64,000 nt of DNA, filler included, from Porpidia crustulata (GCA_964255105.1; 3 parts of 3 records of this genome joined end to end with filler, not necessarily neighbours in it); one strand, 5' to 3'; shown: positions 39,431-53,154, counted from the first letter of the whole stretch. Notes: generated from the sequence alone by a model not told the origin. Program-made: numbers and translations.

Positions 39431-40463
39431 TGGGCTGCTAATGCCAGAAACACCACAGTGGGTTACAAATCGTCCCTTGGTGGATATTGTCACCGGCCGC
39501 TGAACCGGTTGCTGGGGAGTGGAGGAGAACAGATCGAGCGCACGGAAAGTGAGCCCAATGCGCCTGAGGGCACGGTCAATAAGCTCTCGGCGCCAAGCGG
39601 AGCCCGAGTAAGAGAACACTCGGCAATTCCGGTGATGAAGGAAAGGCTAGCTGGGGATGCGGTTATTGGAGAGAGTTCACATTTGAGCTCCGCGGACCGT
39701 GGGTTCTGAGGTTGGCGATGGAGGCGCCGCGACACACACGGAAATCTGATGCTCCAGACGAGTCCGTCCAGACCTTTAGGCCTCTGGCACCAAAGCGTAC
39801 ATATGTGCGTTGGGGAGTCCCGTGAGCTCTACAGAGTGGGGACGTTTGGGTTGGCGGTGAAGGTGCTGCGAAATCTATGGAAACCAGGCACTCTAGACGA
39901 GCCTTCTTGAGCATCGAGGCCTTTGGCACCAATGTATCTCTATACATAGGTGCGTAGCAAAGTATTAATGGACTGTTTTGACCAAGCGGTCGAGGGTGGA
40001 CTTGCGTTGATGGTACGGTGATCGTGTGCTTGGCTACTTATAGGAGGAGAGGTAGGGCGGATTAGGTGCTGGAGGAGATATGAACTAATAAGTCACAACG
40101 ATGTGAACTTTTCGAGCTGCCGCACTACTTCTCCTTCATCCCCACTACTATTAATTGCACATAAGTCAATTGGTGAAGAAGAGTTGTCTTTCAGTTTACG
40201 TTCGAGGTGAAAAGAAATTGACAGGTCAGCAAGGGATACTCGAACATTACTTTGGCTAGTCGTATCTAATCTCGTCACAGGGATTCTCCGGCTCGTTTTA
40301 ATCCTCAGCAAAAAAGAGAATGAGAGATATGCAAGGGCCTGGCATCCTTTCTGCAGGCGAATACTACCACATATACAAAGCTATGGACACCTATCTTAAT
40401 CACTCTACATTATCCAAAGATATTCACATTATTCTGCGTACTAGAAATACACAACCTCACCGA

Positions 40464-41548
40464 TTATTTGCACATGAAAGTATCGCCAGACGGTGCGCCA
40501 AAGAGGGCTTGGTCGTCGAAATAACCAAGGTTGTAGGGAACGTCGACGCACTTGCCCCCTCCTGTCGGTCCTACGTGCGGGCAGTGTGCCTGAGACAAAC
40601 GATAGTCAGCAACAATCCTATCCAGCGAAGACAGTGGGCGTGGTCCTTACCACAGGCCTGATCCGAGCGAGCAAAATATGAATTGTACGACAAGTCACGC
40701 TGTCCGCCCAAATATTATCGTAATCGCCAAACGTCTTGTGTGCCAATGTATTTTGGCAGGTCGCCAAATTGTCATACTGAGTGTTGGTTCCGGTGCAGAG
40801 CTGCTGAATGGTGTTACACAAGCCTCCAATGACTGCTTGTTGCTGGGCAGCTGGGGCCGGAGCGACACTCTCGACACCGGATTGGGCAAGGGAGGTATAG
40901 AGGCGGAGATTGGGAATCCAGGCTTCATACTTGACGACTGCGCCCGTGTTGTCAAATTCCCAGAAGGCGATCTAAGGAAGGAACGATTAGTCACGGTTCT
41001 ACAATTGGACCTGGTGTCGGGTGAAGTCCAAGGGTTTAGAGGTGGGATCAGGCATTTGGGGCATAAAAGTAATAAGCAGGACGTACCTGCTTCAAAGTTG
41101 TAACGTATTTCCCATTGTCTGGGGAACTTGGGTTGACAACGCTATTGGTGAAGTACACTACCGAAGCCGCAATATTGGGGCACCCAGAAACGAAATCGAC
41201 GACCTGGGCTTTGGTAAAGGCTACATAACGCGGAGGCGTCGGAATTGGAGCCAACGCGAAGAAGTACTCGGTGGAATCGTCGAATCCAGTAAAGTTACCA
41301 ACCGGAGTGATTCGGCCAGTTGCAGTGTCGGCAAAGAGGCCCTTGGGCACGGAGGCCGAACCATTTGCAATGAACGCAAGGTTCTTTGGGTAGACGGTCA
41401 AGTCGTAAATTTTTTGGATGGTGTCGAAGTTGCGCTTCTTATAGTCCAGTTTGTGATCATCGTGGTCATCTTTGTCATTAGCCCAGACCGAGCTTATGAA
41501 GGCAAAACAGATAACGACCAGAAGAGGTAGCTTGAATGTCAATGCCAT
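40464..41548 (-). CDS. Conserved fungal secreted protein of unknown function, 3 exons
   Basis: Signal peptide MALTFKLPLLVVICFAFISSVWA; exons 41548-41087, 40971-40651, 40589-40464; motifs TGRITPVGNF...STEYFFAL, IAFWEFD, WADSVTCRTIH, HCPHVGPTGGGKC. Confidence 0.88.
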
Positions 41549-43077
41549 GGCTATGATATTTGTCTCAGAGATTCGAAACTGGTTGAAATACGCAGCAGGC
41601 ACGTCGAATATATTAGATTGAGGACGGCAGCACCAGCTAGCACACTTCAAGATAGCGTGGTGGTGAAGTTGGGTTTGTGGCGGACCAAACAAAGACCGCC
41701 GATGCTTGACTGGCTCAGGACTTTGGGACCTGCTGCTAGGTACTGCAGCCTAGAAAGTTACTTACCGGGAACGACTCGCAAGAAATTCCTGTCTAGAATC
41801 GACTATCAGTGAATGGCGAAAGCTCAGCTGCCCACACTAGCAGCGGGAGGATGATGCTGCGGCCCTAGGAAAACGACCATGGCAAGAGGGGATCTAGATC
41901 ATGGAAACGATGTTGGGTATTTCATCGCGATATCATGAAGTGATTGGACGGAGAAAGCGCACCCCCATGGTTGAGCACCTTGTCAGCCCCTCCTACCGCA
42001 TCGACCTCCCATGATCACCTCCCTTTTTCGTCTTGGAAATGAAAAGTCTCAGATCGGTTCGCAACGGAATCGCAGTCCCCGAACCTTCATTCCTTTAGGG
42101 AGATGCTCGGCCACACGTAATACGCTTGATCTACCTTAGTCCCAAACCATCAGAAGTTCTTTCCATATACCACATTCGTACAGCTTCGAAAAGAGCCATA
42201 CCAGATTGACGCTCTCTGGGCCACAGAGATCAATCGTCGGCCTTCAAAGCTTTCGAGAACTTGAGCTGCCTTTGCCATTTATCTGGTTTTACAACGGAAG
42301 ATGGCTTACGCCTAACGCAAATTAGGTGGCATTTCTGGAGTATTGGAGGTGTGAGAGAGGACGGCTGGAAAGCCGGAGGATGCTACGCGCCAAATTGGTC
42401 ATTTAAGTTGATCCAACCAAGGCCCTGTCGGATTGAAAAGAATGTTGGTGGACTGAGCACGGGGAGTTCTTGACTAGATGCAACGGCACAAATGGACACG
42501 AAGGTCTTGTGGACATCACCTTGTCGAGTTGTCCGAGACCTTTCCAAATGGAGAAGATGAAAACCTGGAAATGAATGTGGGGAAGACGAAAAGAGCGACC
42601 ACCAAGCCACCAAGGCTGAGTCAGATCTGTTTTGACCTCTTTCGGACCAGTGTGCCAGTCGCCAGTCTCGGAATTTGCCGTCATGCTCGCCCTTGGCCTC
42701 CGTAGTACGGAGTACCGTAACGGCGTACAAGTCCAGTCAGACCGCCATTGCGAAATCATCCTTTATACCTATCAATTTCGCAATCTACATCAAGGTGGCA
42801 GTCTGTCATGTTAAGCAAGCACCTAAATATTCTGGTACGAGACTCACTCGACGTCAGAATAGGCTCACTGTCGCCGGGGGACCTTATGTGACTAATATAT
42901 TGACCATTCCGAGCACTTATCTGCTAGCTGACGACTACGGCAATGGACTGGGAATTGACGTGGCGAATCCCCGCATTTCAACGTCCGGAGACATCCTGGT
43001 TTGACTTATTCATACTCTGACATCTGCGTTGTTATTCTTGGCATTCTATCGCTGCATCTCTCATTTTGATTCGCGTC

Positions 43078-44716
43078 ATGCAGGACGATATCTATGCCGA
43101 TGCGGCACAATTGGCAGCATTGGGCCACAAGGCCGAGCTACGTAGAAGTTTTTCCCCATTGTCGATGCTTGGCCTGGCTTTCGCCATCTTGAATTCTTGG
43201 ACAGCGTTGGCGGCAAGCCTTTCCCTGGCCCTTCCCAGCGGAGGCCCCACCTCCGTGATCTGGGGTCTTGTCACCGCGGGCATTTGCAATCTTTGCCTGG
43301 CTGCGTCCTTGGCGGAATTTCTCTCTGCATATCCCACGGCTGGCGGACAGTATCACTGGGTAGCGGTGATCAGCTGGAAGTCATGGGTTCCCGTTCTTTC
43401 TTGGATCACGGGCTGGATCAACGTCTCCGGTTGGATTGCACTGGTTGCCTCTGGCGGTCTATTGGGGAGCCAGTTGATAATAGGAGTTATATCCTTCATG
43501 AAGCCGGACTTTGTCCCGCAGCGATGGCAGCAGTTTCTGATCTACATCGCGTACAACTTGGTGGCATTCCTCATCAACGCCTTCATGACCGACATCCTCC
43601 CCATCGTCAACAAGGCCGCATTTATATGGTCCATCACCGGCTTCGTGATCATCTCCATCACCGTACTAGCATGCGCATCCCCTGATTATTCGTCCGGCCA
43701 ATTCGTCTTTCGGCAATTCATCAACCAAACCGGCTGGCCGGACGGTATAGCCTGGCTCCTCGGGCTTCTCCAAGCAGGTCTCGGCTTGACAGGTTTCGAC
43801 GCCGTGGCTCACATGATTGAAGAAATCCCCAACGCTTCTGTCCAGGGCCCACGGATCATGATCGCCTGCGTCGCCATCGGAACCTTTACCGGCTTCATTT
43901 TTTTGACCGTCCTACTCTTCGTTGCCGGCAACGTCGACGACGTCATCAGTTCGTCCGCCGGGCCTCTACTGCAGATCTTCTACAACGCAACGCAGAGCAA
44001 CGCCGGCGCGATATGCCTTTTGATCTTCCCGCTCGCCTGTCTGCTGTTCGCGACCACGAGCATCATGACCACGAGCAGCCGCATGACGTATGCATTCGCC
44101 CGAGACGGCGGTCTACCGGCGTCCGGGTTCTTCGCCAAGGTCCACCCTAGGCTAGACTTACCCCTGAACGCCCTCTACCTGACCAACGCATGCGTGATCA
44201 TCTTCGGTTGTATCTTTCTCGGTTCCAGCAGCGCATTTAACGCCATCATCTCCGCTTCGGTCGTAGCTCTCGGCGTCACCTACGCGATCCCACCCACCAT
44301 CAACTGCCTCCGAGGCCGGGCGATGCTACCCCCAAGACCTTTCGTACTGCCCGCAGCTTTCGGGTGGGCGGCGAATCTGATCGGGATAGCGTATGTCATC
44401 GTTACTACCGTCTTGTTCCTCTTCCCGCCGGATCTACCCGTTACGGGAAGCAACATGAGTATGTTCGTCCCAATCGTTCCGTTCAAACCGCGCTTCCCCC
44501 ATCTCATCTCAATCCTACGTTACATGCAAGAACTATCCACGACTAACCACGACTAACTCTCCCAGACTACTGCATCGTTGCCTTCACCATCGTCCTCATC
44601 ATTTCCACGGTCCAATGGTTCGCGGACGGTCGAAAAAACTTCAAGGGCCCGCGCGTGGATCTGGAAGTGCTGCAACGGGTTAACCCTAGCCCTAACCCTT
44701 CTCCTGCTGCAGATGG
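43078..44716 (+). CDS. APC-superfamily amino acid/GABA/choline permease; 5' exons uncertain, 3' end truncated by the contig end
   Basis: ELRRSFS, SLAEFLSAYPTAGGQYHW, GFDAVAHMIEE, SSRMTYAFARDGGLP; about 12 TM segments; intron about 44459-44565. Confidence 0.93.
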
Positions 44717-44816
44717 NNNNNNNNNNNNNNNNNNNNNNNNNNNNNNNNNNNNNNNNNNNNTTAATTAATTAANNNNNNNNNNNNNNNNNNNNNNNNNNNN
44801 NNNNNNNNNNNNNNNN
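44717..44816. other. Artificial contig-joining linker
   Basis: Same N44-TTAATTAATTAA-N44 structure as at 22313. Confidence 0.98.
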
Positions 44817-45027
44817 TTCCATACCTTCTTGGGGGTTTCCGCCCAGCCTGGTAAATATGCATGCATCTTCCACTTTCGGAACGCCTGCTCGAATGCTAGT
44901 CTGCGAGATTGCGGTTTAGTGTTCTGATTTCCTCGCGCGACGCGCCGTCGCCGCGTCAAAGGGTTGGGGTGAGATGTCTAGGGGTGCGGACGGGGAGTGT
45001 CTCCCTGTCACTAGCGAGCGTGTGGCG

Positions 45028-48000
45028 TTAACGACGAGGCATCCTTTTCCGACTCAAGACTTTGGCTTGAAGCTATACTTTTCACTCAACAGCTCAACCT
45101 TAGGAATGAGATCCGGAATCCGGAACGGCTTCGACACCACATCGTCCTACGAACCCGGTCAGCGATCGATCTCATCGACTTTCCAACAACGCGGAAAGCA
45201 AAACCCACCACACCCGCCGCCAAGGTCGTATCGATCTGCTCGCTTCGAGCATTCGCCGTGACGGCAATGATCGGGACGTGCCGGACCACCTCCCCGCTCG
45301 CTTCCAATTCCCGAATCTTTCTTGCGCAAGTCAGGCCATCCATCACCGGCATTTCCAGATCCATGAGGATAACGCTCAACTCGACACCTCGTTCTTCAAG
45401 GCCGGCCCAGAATGTGGAGTCACGGAGGCGATCGAGGCACTCACCGCCGTGATTGGCGACGTATACGATGCAACCGAGGTTGCGGAGCTGTTTCTGTAGG
45501 ACGCGCTGGTTGACGAGATTGTCTTCTACAATCAAGATTTTGAGAGCTTTCGCTGCCTCGTGGTTAGTCAGAGCAGCGGCTTGAGGAGCAGCTTTCGTAG
45601 ATGTCGAATTTGTAGCCTGCTTTCCTGTTGAGGATTTGCGAGTCTCCGGGACAGGGAGCTGGTCTGTGGGTTCTGCGGGACCGGTAGATCTTCGCGCTTT
45701 GATATAGAATGCAAAGGTACTACCCTCTCCGGCTTTCGAAGATACTCCAATCTCACCGCCCTGTAGTTCGACGAGTTCGCGAGAGATGAAAAGGCCAAGA
45801 CCAGAGCCGCCGTATTGGACGTGGGTTCTGGGACTTGCTTGGGAGAAGCGAAGGAAGAGAAGTTTTGTCTCATCTTCACTGAGACCGCGGCCTGTGTCCT
45901 GGACTGCAAAGTGAATGAAAATCTCCTCACCGTCGCCCCAATCGTCTCCAGTTGTGAGGTCCTTCCGTTTTGACCTTGTTTGAAAGTATGATACATTGTG
46001 AGCGCCTGGTCCATTGGATGGTCTCTGTGCTGATGCGCCCAAGGTGACCGTGATGATCCGCCTATTTTGTGTTGTGGTAAATTTGATGGCGTTCGTTGTC
46101 AGGTTTATCAAAACTTGTAGAAGACGCGAAGGGTCTAGCTTGACCCAGTTTACATGAAGCTGCTTTAGAGAATTGTCGACTTGGAAATCCAGCTCGATAT
46201 CCGCAGTTTGCACTTCGCCATCAAACATCTTCAAAGCTCGCTGTACCACGGTCACTGGCTGGACATCATCAGGTGTCACTAGTAGCAGTGCAGAGTCGAG
46301 TTTCGATAATGTGAGTACGTCGTCCACTATACGTTTCTGATGCTGAGCACAAAGAGCAATGGTCTGTGCAGCGTCGATGCTATTGGCCATTAGGTCGGAA
46401 ATCTCTTTGTCGGCTAAGTGATTGAGGGTTCGATACTCTGTCAGGGTCGTTGTGATCTCATCAGCGCACTGAAGGATAGCACTCAGAGGGTTGCGCATTT
46501 CATGGCTGGTGATATCGATGAAGTTTTCTTGCTGGCGTTTCAGCTCAACTGCTTCTTCCATTCTTCTCTTCTCGAATTGCTCCGCCCATTTTTGCTGGCT
46601 GATGTTGGTAATACTCCCAAAGATAACCTTCAATCTGCCATCAGGGCTCTTTTCTGGATAAGCGCTCGCCAGGACCCAAGTATCTCCCTTAGTACCATTA
46701 CGGTCGGTCCATTGCGCCCTGAACCGGAACTCGGCGTTTAGAGCGACGGCGTTATGGACGAGATTAAACCACAGTCTTGCAACCATGTCCCTATCCTCAA
46801 CTTTCACACAATCCATCCAGTGGTCGGTGGTTCGGCTGCCCTTGGGTACTCTTGAAATCTCATACCATGTATCATTACAATAAGTAATACGGCCACCTGA
46901 GTCGGCGATGAACATTCCTACAGGTGCAAACTCAGCCATTCGAGTGAACTTTGTCTCACTTTCCACGGCTTCTTGCGTTCGGGCTGCAAGTTGTTCCGAT
47001 AGCTCGATACGATCTAGAGCTGCAAGCCTGGCAGCGCGTCTGCCTCTGGCGATTTCCTCCTCAAAGAGCACTACGGAAGCCATTGAAGTTGCTAATTGCC
47101 GGCTAAGAAGTTGTATAAAGAGACTGTAATCGTCATCGTAAGGTCTTCGAGGATTGACGCCCATAACCAAGAAGCCTAGGACTGAATCACCACTCGTCAG
47201 GTGGATAGGGCAGCAAACTGCGGCAGAACATGGGTCGCCAAATCCACGCCAGTCGATTCCATCGAGCAGCTCCGCATCCAGACTTCCATCACTTGTTTGA
47301 AGTAGTATAGGTCTCTCGCTTTTCATCGCTTCCCTGAAGACCTGTGCTAGAAAATTGGTCCCTGATTTGAGATCTATCTGTGTGGGTGCCGCTCTGTGGC
47401 CATCCGGTACCCCTAGTGTGCCTTCCAATACGCAATGCTTAGAGCCCTGGGTGCTGTGCGTACTGTGAGATTGCATAGACGATGCGTCGCTGTCAACGTC
47501 CAGACCAAGGCTATCTACTACGGAGTACAAGAGCACGAATGGTGTGTCGTTTTCGTTATATTCAAGAGCCTTCAGTACTTCACCCCAAAAGCTTTTGAGT
47601 TCTCTCGCTGCTGCAGTCTTCTCACCCACTTCTCTGAGCGTCAACATACGCCTTTCGGCTATTTTTCGTCTGGTCTTTTCAAAGCATGGATTATAAAGAC
47701 CAACGACGGAGCCATCGGCTCCAACTAGAGGTATAATAGACCAGGAAAAGTATGTCTCCTCAAGAAATCCAGACGTTGACCGTTCCAGGAACAGACGATC
47801 GTCATCTTTCATTGTAGCTTGACCAGTTGATTTGGCACTGGCAAAGACATCCTTAACAGCATCCCAGATCTCTGTCCACACCTCTTTATAACTATGGCCC
47901 ATAAGATACGGATGTTTTTGACCAGCCAAAAGTATATAGGCTTCATTGTAAATTGCTATCAAGTCGTCGCCCCAATACATAGCTGCAGGGTGTGGGCTGG

Positions 48001-49642
48001 CCATGATCAGGTTGCACATACTTCGGAGCTCAGACGACCATTCCTCGATAGGTCCAAGCTTTGTAGAAGCCCAGTCAACACTACGCGCAAATTGGATATG
48101 GCGAGGCAGAGCTGATGTGACTGGGAGTCTGGTCCAGTCGAAAAATATTTGATCGGCGGGCGCTGAAATCGAGAAATCATCGATCTGACCAGCGCTGGCG
48201 GCTGCTAAAATAGCCTCATTGGAACGCGAGCCTACGGGGGATGAGGGATCTAGCCCTAGGTTTGAAACCGAATGTGACAAGGAAGAGGTACGATAGAGAC
48301 TCTCATTTTGGCCACTTATTTTCCCCTTACTGGTCGAACTGCTGAAAGTCGACGGTGAGTGACGCGGAGAATCGGCCATACTAGACTTCACACCTACCAT
48401 ACGTCCATCTACAGGCGAGGACGAACGAGTGTCACCAAAGTAATCTGACGGCTCCTCTGAGAAAATATTTCCATTGGAGCCAGCGTCACCCTGCTCTCTA
48501 CTATCTTTTGCAGTGCGTGGAAAATAGGAGCGTCCAATAGACGTACGATTTGAGCCGAGGCTTGTCATACTTGAACTGAGATTGCCTGTGATAATTCGAA
48601 GTCTTTTTCTCAACGTCAAGCACGTCCAATTGATCCCCGCAAAGTAGATTGAGGGGAGAGATATCAAAAGAGATTCGTGGTTCCTAACATAGCTCATTGA
48701 CCATGCCTTGAACTCGGAGAATGCTGTCGCCGCAGCGAAACCTGGCGAATTTTGGTCCATTTTGACCGTAATCAATTCAAAAACGGAGCAAGCACGTAAT
48801 GAGGGGTTGGCAAATATTATTTTCAGTGGCCCAGGCTCAAAAATGGCCTGATTCTCGAGATCTATGACAAAAATCGGTCTCTCGTCTTGCCCAAGCAATT
48901 CAGTCGCTCCAACCTGATTCAAAGCACTAAGTCCCGCCAACGTCTCCTTCTCATCTGGCGATGCATTCGTACTGCCTGCTGAGACTGGAGCCTGACCGTT
49001 CGATATACTTGAATGGCTTGCATTGGTACCGGCAGAGTAAGACCCTCGTGCCATTTTGAGTGTTCGGACCGAGCTGCTGTCCTCCCTATTCACCCTGCTG
49101 AGCATCGCGGCTCCTGCTTCCGAACTCGAGAGTCGGAGTGGTAAAGAAGGTCGTGGGTGAGCAGCGTCTGAAAAGAATAGAGGTGCTTTAGGATGAGAAT
49201 TTCCTGTAGCACCTCGTGGGTTCTCGGAGGGATCTGGAGGGCGCGATGATCCGCTCTGGTGGCGCTGCCTCTTCGGAGGTGGCTGTCCGTTCGGAATGGG
49301 GAGATGAGCGGGCAATTTCGACAATCCGCGTTTCCTACCTTTGGCTGTTGAGGGTATTATATTCTGCTGTAGCAGGTCCGACCAGTCAGGCTCTTGTCGC
49401 CGGTGGGTTCTGTATGGATCTGGGCGCCATAGTGATACACCTTCCGTCTCCTCGGCTCCTTTGCGGTGTTGTTGGGCTTTTGCTTGGTGAACAGAATCTC
49501 TATTGCGGAGGCGGAGATCGGGGAAATCAGGCGCGGCCGAGTCGGAGCTTTCCTTTGCTTTTCTGACTTTTGCAGACTTGGAGTTATTGGGATATTTATT
49601 GTAGCTGTTCGGGCCAGTGAAGATTGAATCCGAAATATTCAT
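45028..49642 (-). CDS. Hybrid sensor histidine kinase (PAS-like/GAF-like, PAS, HisKA, HATPase_c, receiver)
   Basis: H-box ITSHEMRNPL; N-box LINLTTNAIKF; DTGRG and GSGLGL; receiver VEDN...MDLEMPVMDG; last intron about 45207-45147, followed by DDVVSKPF. Start codon uncertain. Confidence 0.93.
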
Positions 49643-50334
49643 CAAGGCTGTCAACAGACCATTGGCAGGTGACAGTCAGGCACGATTGCAAATCGCTTAT
49701 GCCCTGAAGCACTACATGCACCACGTCAGCGACATTCAATTCATGGCTCACAAGTCGCTGGCCTAGGATGGTCGAAGCCAAATGCGAGCTCATACGGTTA
49801 CACAAGTGTAAGCTGTGAGACCAGGGAAACCTTCATTGTTGCGGCGGCCATCTAGATGGCTTTCAGTGCGTGAGGGCTTTTCATTATGTCGGCCGGTCAT
49901 GAACGCTAGTCAAGGGATATGATAGGGCTCTCGCCACATCCGGAAAGGGCTTTGCTTCCTCTACGAACCCTTCCCAGGCAGCTTCTACCTAAAGGTAATT
50001 TAGGATTGTGTACTGCTGCGATAGCAACCATCCGAATTCTCCATACCGTGATCTATACTTGCGAAAGCCAGGTCAAATCAACTACGTGATACTTCTGTGC
50101 TATCTATACTTTTGGTAGATAATGCGTTTCTGAATGAAGCTCAGACTTCCCTCAGTCCCGAGAGCAATAATGATCGAATAGAATGAATCGCAAACGAACG
50201 AAGACCCAACCATGGTGAAACGACAAAGCGCCTCATAGTCGATACAATACGAGCTGCTTAAGCCATGAGGTAGCATCGACCCAAGCCCAAATACATCATT
50301 TCCACCCAACCGCCTAAAGTGACCTGCCCCTTGC

Positions 50335-53154
50335 CTAGGAAAACTTCAAGGCCATTGATGAGCTCGCCGCCCCGCCAATACTGCTTTGTTGGCCGGAGTC
50401 CGGATAGAAGAACGCAGCAAGCGCAATTATAATGTACGCTGCAATCAAGAGTGCGCCTTCGAGGTAGTTGCTACGTCCGTCCAGGACCAAGAAATTAACG
50501 ATGAACGCGGAGACAAAGAGCGAAATCGTTTCGAAGAGTGAGAAGTAGAGACTCATATCTTTCGCCAGGATCCACCCAAGCAAAACAATAACTGGCGTTA
50601 CAAACAAGGCTATCTGAATACTGGATCCCACAGCGACGCTAATAGCGAGATCCATTTTGTTCTTGCTAGCGACTGTGACTGCAGTGACATGTTCCGCAGC
50701 ATTACCGACAATAGGCAATATGATGAGACCAACAAAGGCTTCGCTGACACCAGTGTTGCTAACAAAAAAGCCGATGCTGGCCACGAGAAATTCGGCGCAC
50801 ACAGCCACTAGGCAAGTGGACATAAGTAGGAGTAAGATAGCAGATGTACGGGATAGATATTTTTTGGCTTTGCGACTCTCCGCTGCAATAAGCACGGCAT
50901 GTGAGGCGGCGACGGGCCTGGCATAGGACAGAGGCTGTGCTAGGGAAGACAGCCCAGATTGGTCAAGGTCAGTGAGAGACTTCGTACGTCGAGGCGCAAT
51001 GGCTGGAGAAGAAGAAGCGCCGTTTGGCCCAGTGGGATTTGCAGCGGAGAAAACTGAGCTTGAAAGCATTCTGGGCATAGGCAAATTTGGTATTGTCGGC
51101 ATTGCTCCAAAAGCTGGAATTCCACGTATGAAAAGACGTTTTGGCGAATCCTCAGGCGCAAGTTCCACATCTTGCACAAAGCCAACGCGAGGAGCGCTTG
51201 GCTGACTTGTAAGAGATCCATCGTTTGAGCTTTTGCATGCTTTTGAACTTCCATCCATCTCGGCTTGCTTTTCATCGTGGACACTTGACTTCGAAAATTT
51301 TCGTTTTGACCTCTTTTTGTGCTTTATTTTCGGGGTCCTAGACCCGGAAGCAGTTTTCTCATTTTCGAAGTCTCGGAAATTAATGGTTGTGTCTCTGGGT
51401 CTTTTCGGACGACCGTCACGCCCGCTATTAGTATCTGCCTCATCACCACTAGCAATGATTCCTAGTGACGCCGGTAGAGGATGTTCAGTACGAGTTTCGA
51501 ATCTACCTGGATCGTGATCTAAAGCATTTCCAAACGTGCTGTTGGATGGCGTACGGAGCGTTGAAGGCATTGAAGGGGTCTCCTTGGAACTTGTACTAGA
51601 CTTGCGACGTTTCCTGCCCCTTAGAACCCGCCGAATGCGTCTAGCTGTCGTGTTTGATGCCGACGAAGCATCGGACTCACTGTCACTAGAGTCGCTCGAC
51701 ATATCCGAAGAGCTTGACGACCCCAGCATGTCGGCCAAGACTCCCGGATGAGATTCTTCATCAATAACATGTTGCGGTGTGGATTGGTACATATATGCAT
51801 GCGATTTCAATTGAAAAAGTAGGTATAACACGTATACAAGTAGAAGAATCTTGGATAGTCAGAAGCGGAAATGAGATCAGTGTGGGAGCAGACTTACTAT
51901 GCTGGTACCCCGACTGACCTGTAGCACTGCCTTATCTGCAGTAATGTTGTCCGTAAAAGATGCGTGGAAAGCGGTCTGTAATCTTCATATTAAAATCCAT
52001 GTATCATATTTGCCCTGAAGGTGTACAAATGCAGGAGATAAGGCATACCGGCAACAGCAGACTCATGACACTCAGACTTAGCAAGCAAGCACTCATTTGT
52101 GTCACGGTGCTGTTATAAATCTAGAGCTAAGTTAATTGACAACAATCTAATGCAAAAGGCAATAGTCACCTGTTCACGAAATCGAAGCCCACCAAACAGG
52201 AAACTCATCCCAAGAATGAGCAGCAGGTTGGCGAGGATGGATCCCAATAGGGACGCCTGGACAATACGGATCTCATTCTGATGCAAGCTGGGTTAGTAGA
52301 CACGTAGCAGGATCTGCGAGACATAATTACTAACCTTAATAAGAGCAATGCTGTAATTAGTAGAAGAACAGTAAGCATATGAAGCAGGCATCACGAGGTG
52401 CTACTACTAAGAATAATAGGGGCAGGTAACATCGAACGCAATCGAGTTGCAGGTGCTTATCAGGCCACCTCTGGCTCTCTCTTGTCTCAATTTCCGTAAA
52501 TGGACATACATGCTAAGAGACGGTAAGCGACGGCTGCGCATAATGGTTCCAGCATACGAACAAGATAATAAGCTCTACTGCGTTGCCAAAGGTCACATTC
52601 ATGAGTGCACCAATAGTGTCTCCCATCTCGGAAGCCACGCTCTCAGTAGCGTGGGTCAGGAGCCCAGCAAGCGGTACAATGGCGATGGCGTTGATTGCGA
52701 AGACGATGGTGGGATTTACCCCAGCTGCTCTAATACCTATGCCAACAGGTACAAAGATTAAGAGGACATTGAGCCAACTTGAGAGCAGAATTTCCTTGAA
52801 TACAAGAAAGAAGCGGATGGTGACATTCGATTTCTCTCCCGACTCTATGGCGGCAGATTCCTCTCCATGTCCGTTCTCATCCGGAGGAGGTGCTGGACAG
52901 GATGGTGTTGCTGGGGCATCATGAACCACATGGCTGTCTGCGATTTTTGTAGGAGTAGAAACATCGCGACTTTCATTGATACTTGGTTTGGCTGAGGGAT
53001 TACTTGATGAATTTGCATTTCTAACAGTGGATGTGTCGGTCAAGGGGAGGGAGGGACGTCGACCATCTGCTCGTGATGGTTTTTGAGCGGCGTGCCATTT
53101 GCAAGCTAAGACGATTCGATCGAATAAACTTGGCTCGTCAGAAGATTCCACCAT
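50335..53154 (-). CDS. VCX1: Ca2+/H+ exchanger (CAX family) with long cytosolic loop, multi-exon including a 3-nt microexon
   Basis: Alpha-1 repeat TFGNAVE...GSILANLLL; alpha-2 repeat IVGNAAEH...AVGSSIQIALF; several short introns between 52562 and 51850. Confidence 0.92.

Larger units (their letters stand above)
36881..39709 (+). pseudogene. Probable long decayed ORF containing several internal repeat blocks
   Basis: ORF fragments starting at 36881, 37112, 37994, 39125 and 39458 are all in the same + frame and separated by stops. The 84-bp and 156-bp repeats are multiples of 3. No family recognised. Confidence 0.4.

Noticed and set aside
44680..44700. Telomere-like TAACCCTAGCCCTAACCCT at a contig end
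   Set aside because: It lies in frame within the permease C-terminus (VNPSPNPS), is short and imperfect, and has the wrong orientation for a right-hand telomere.
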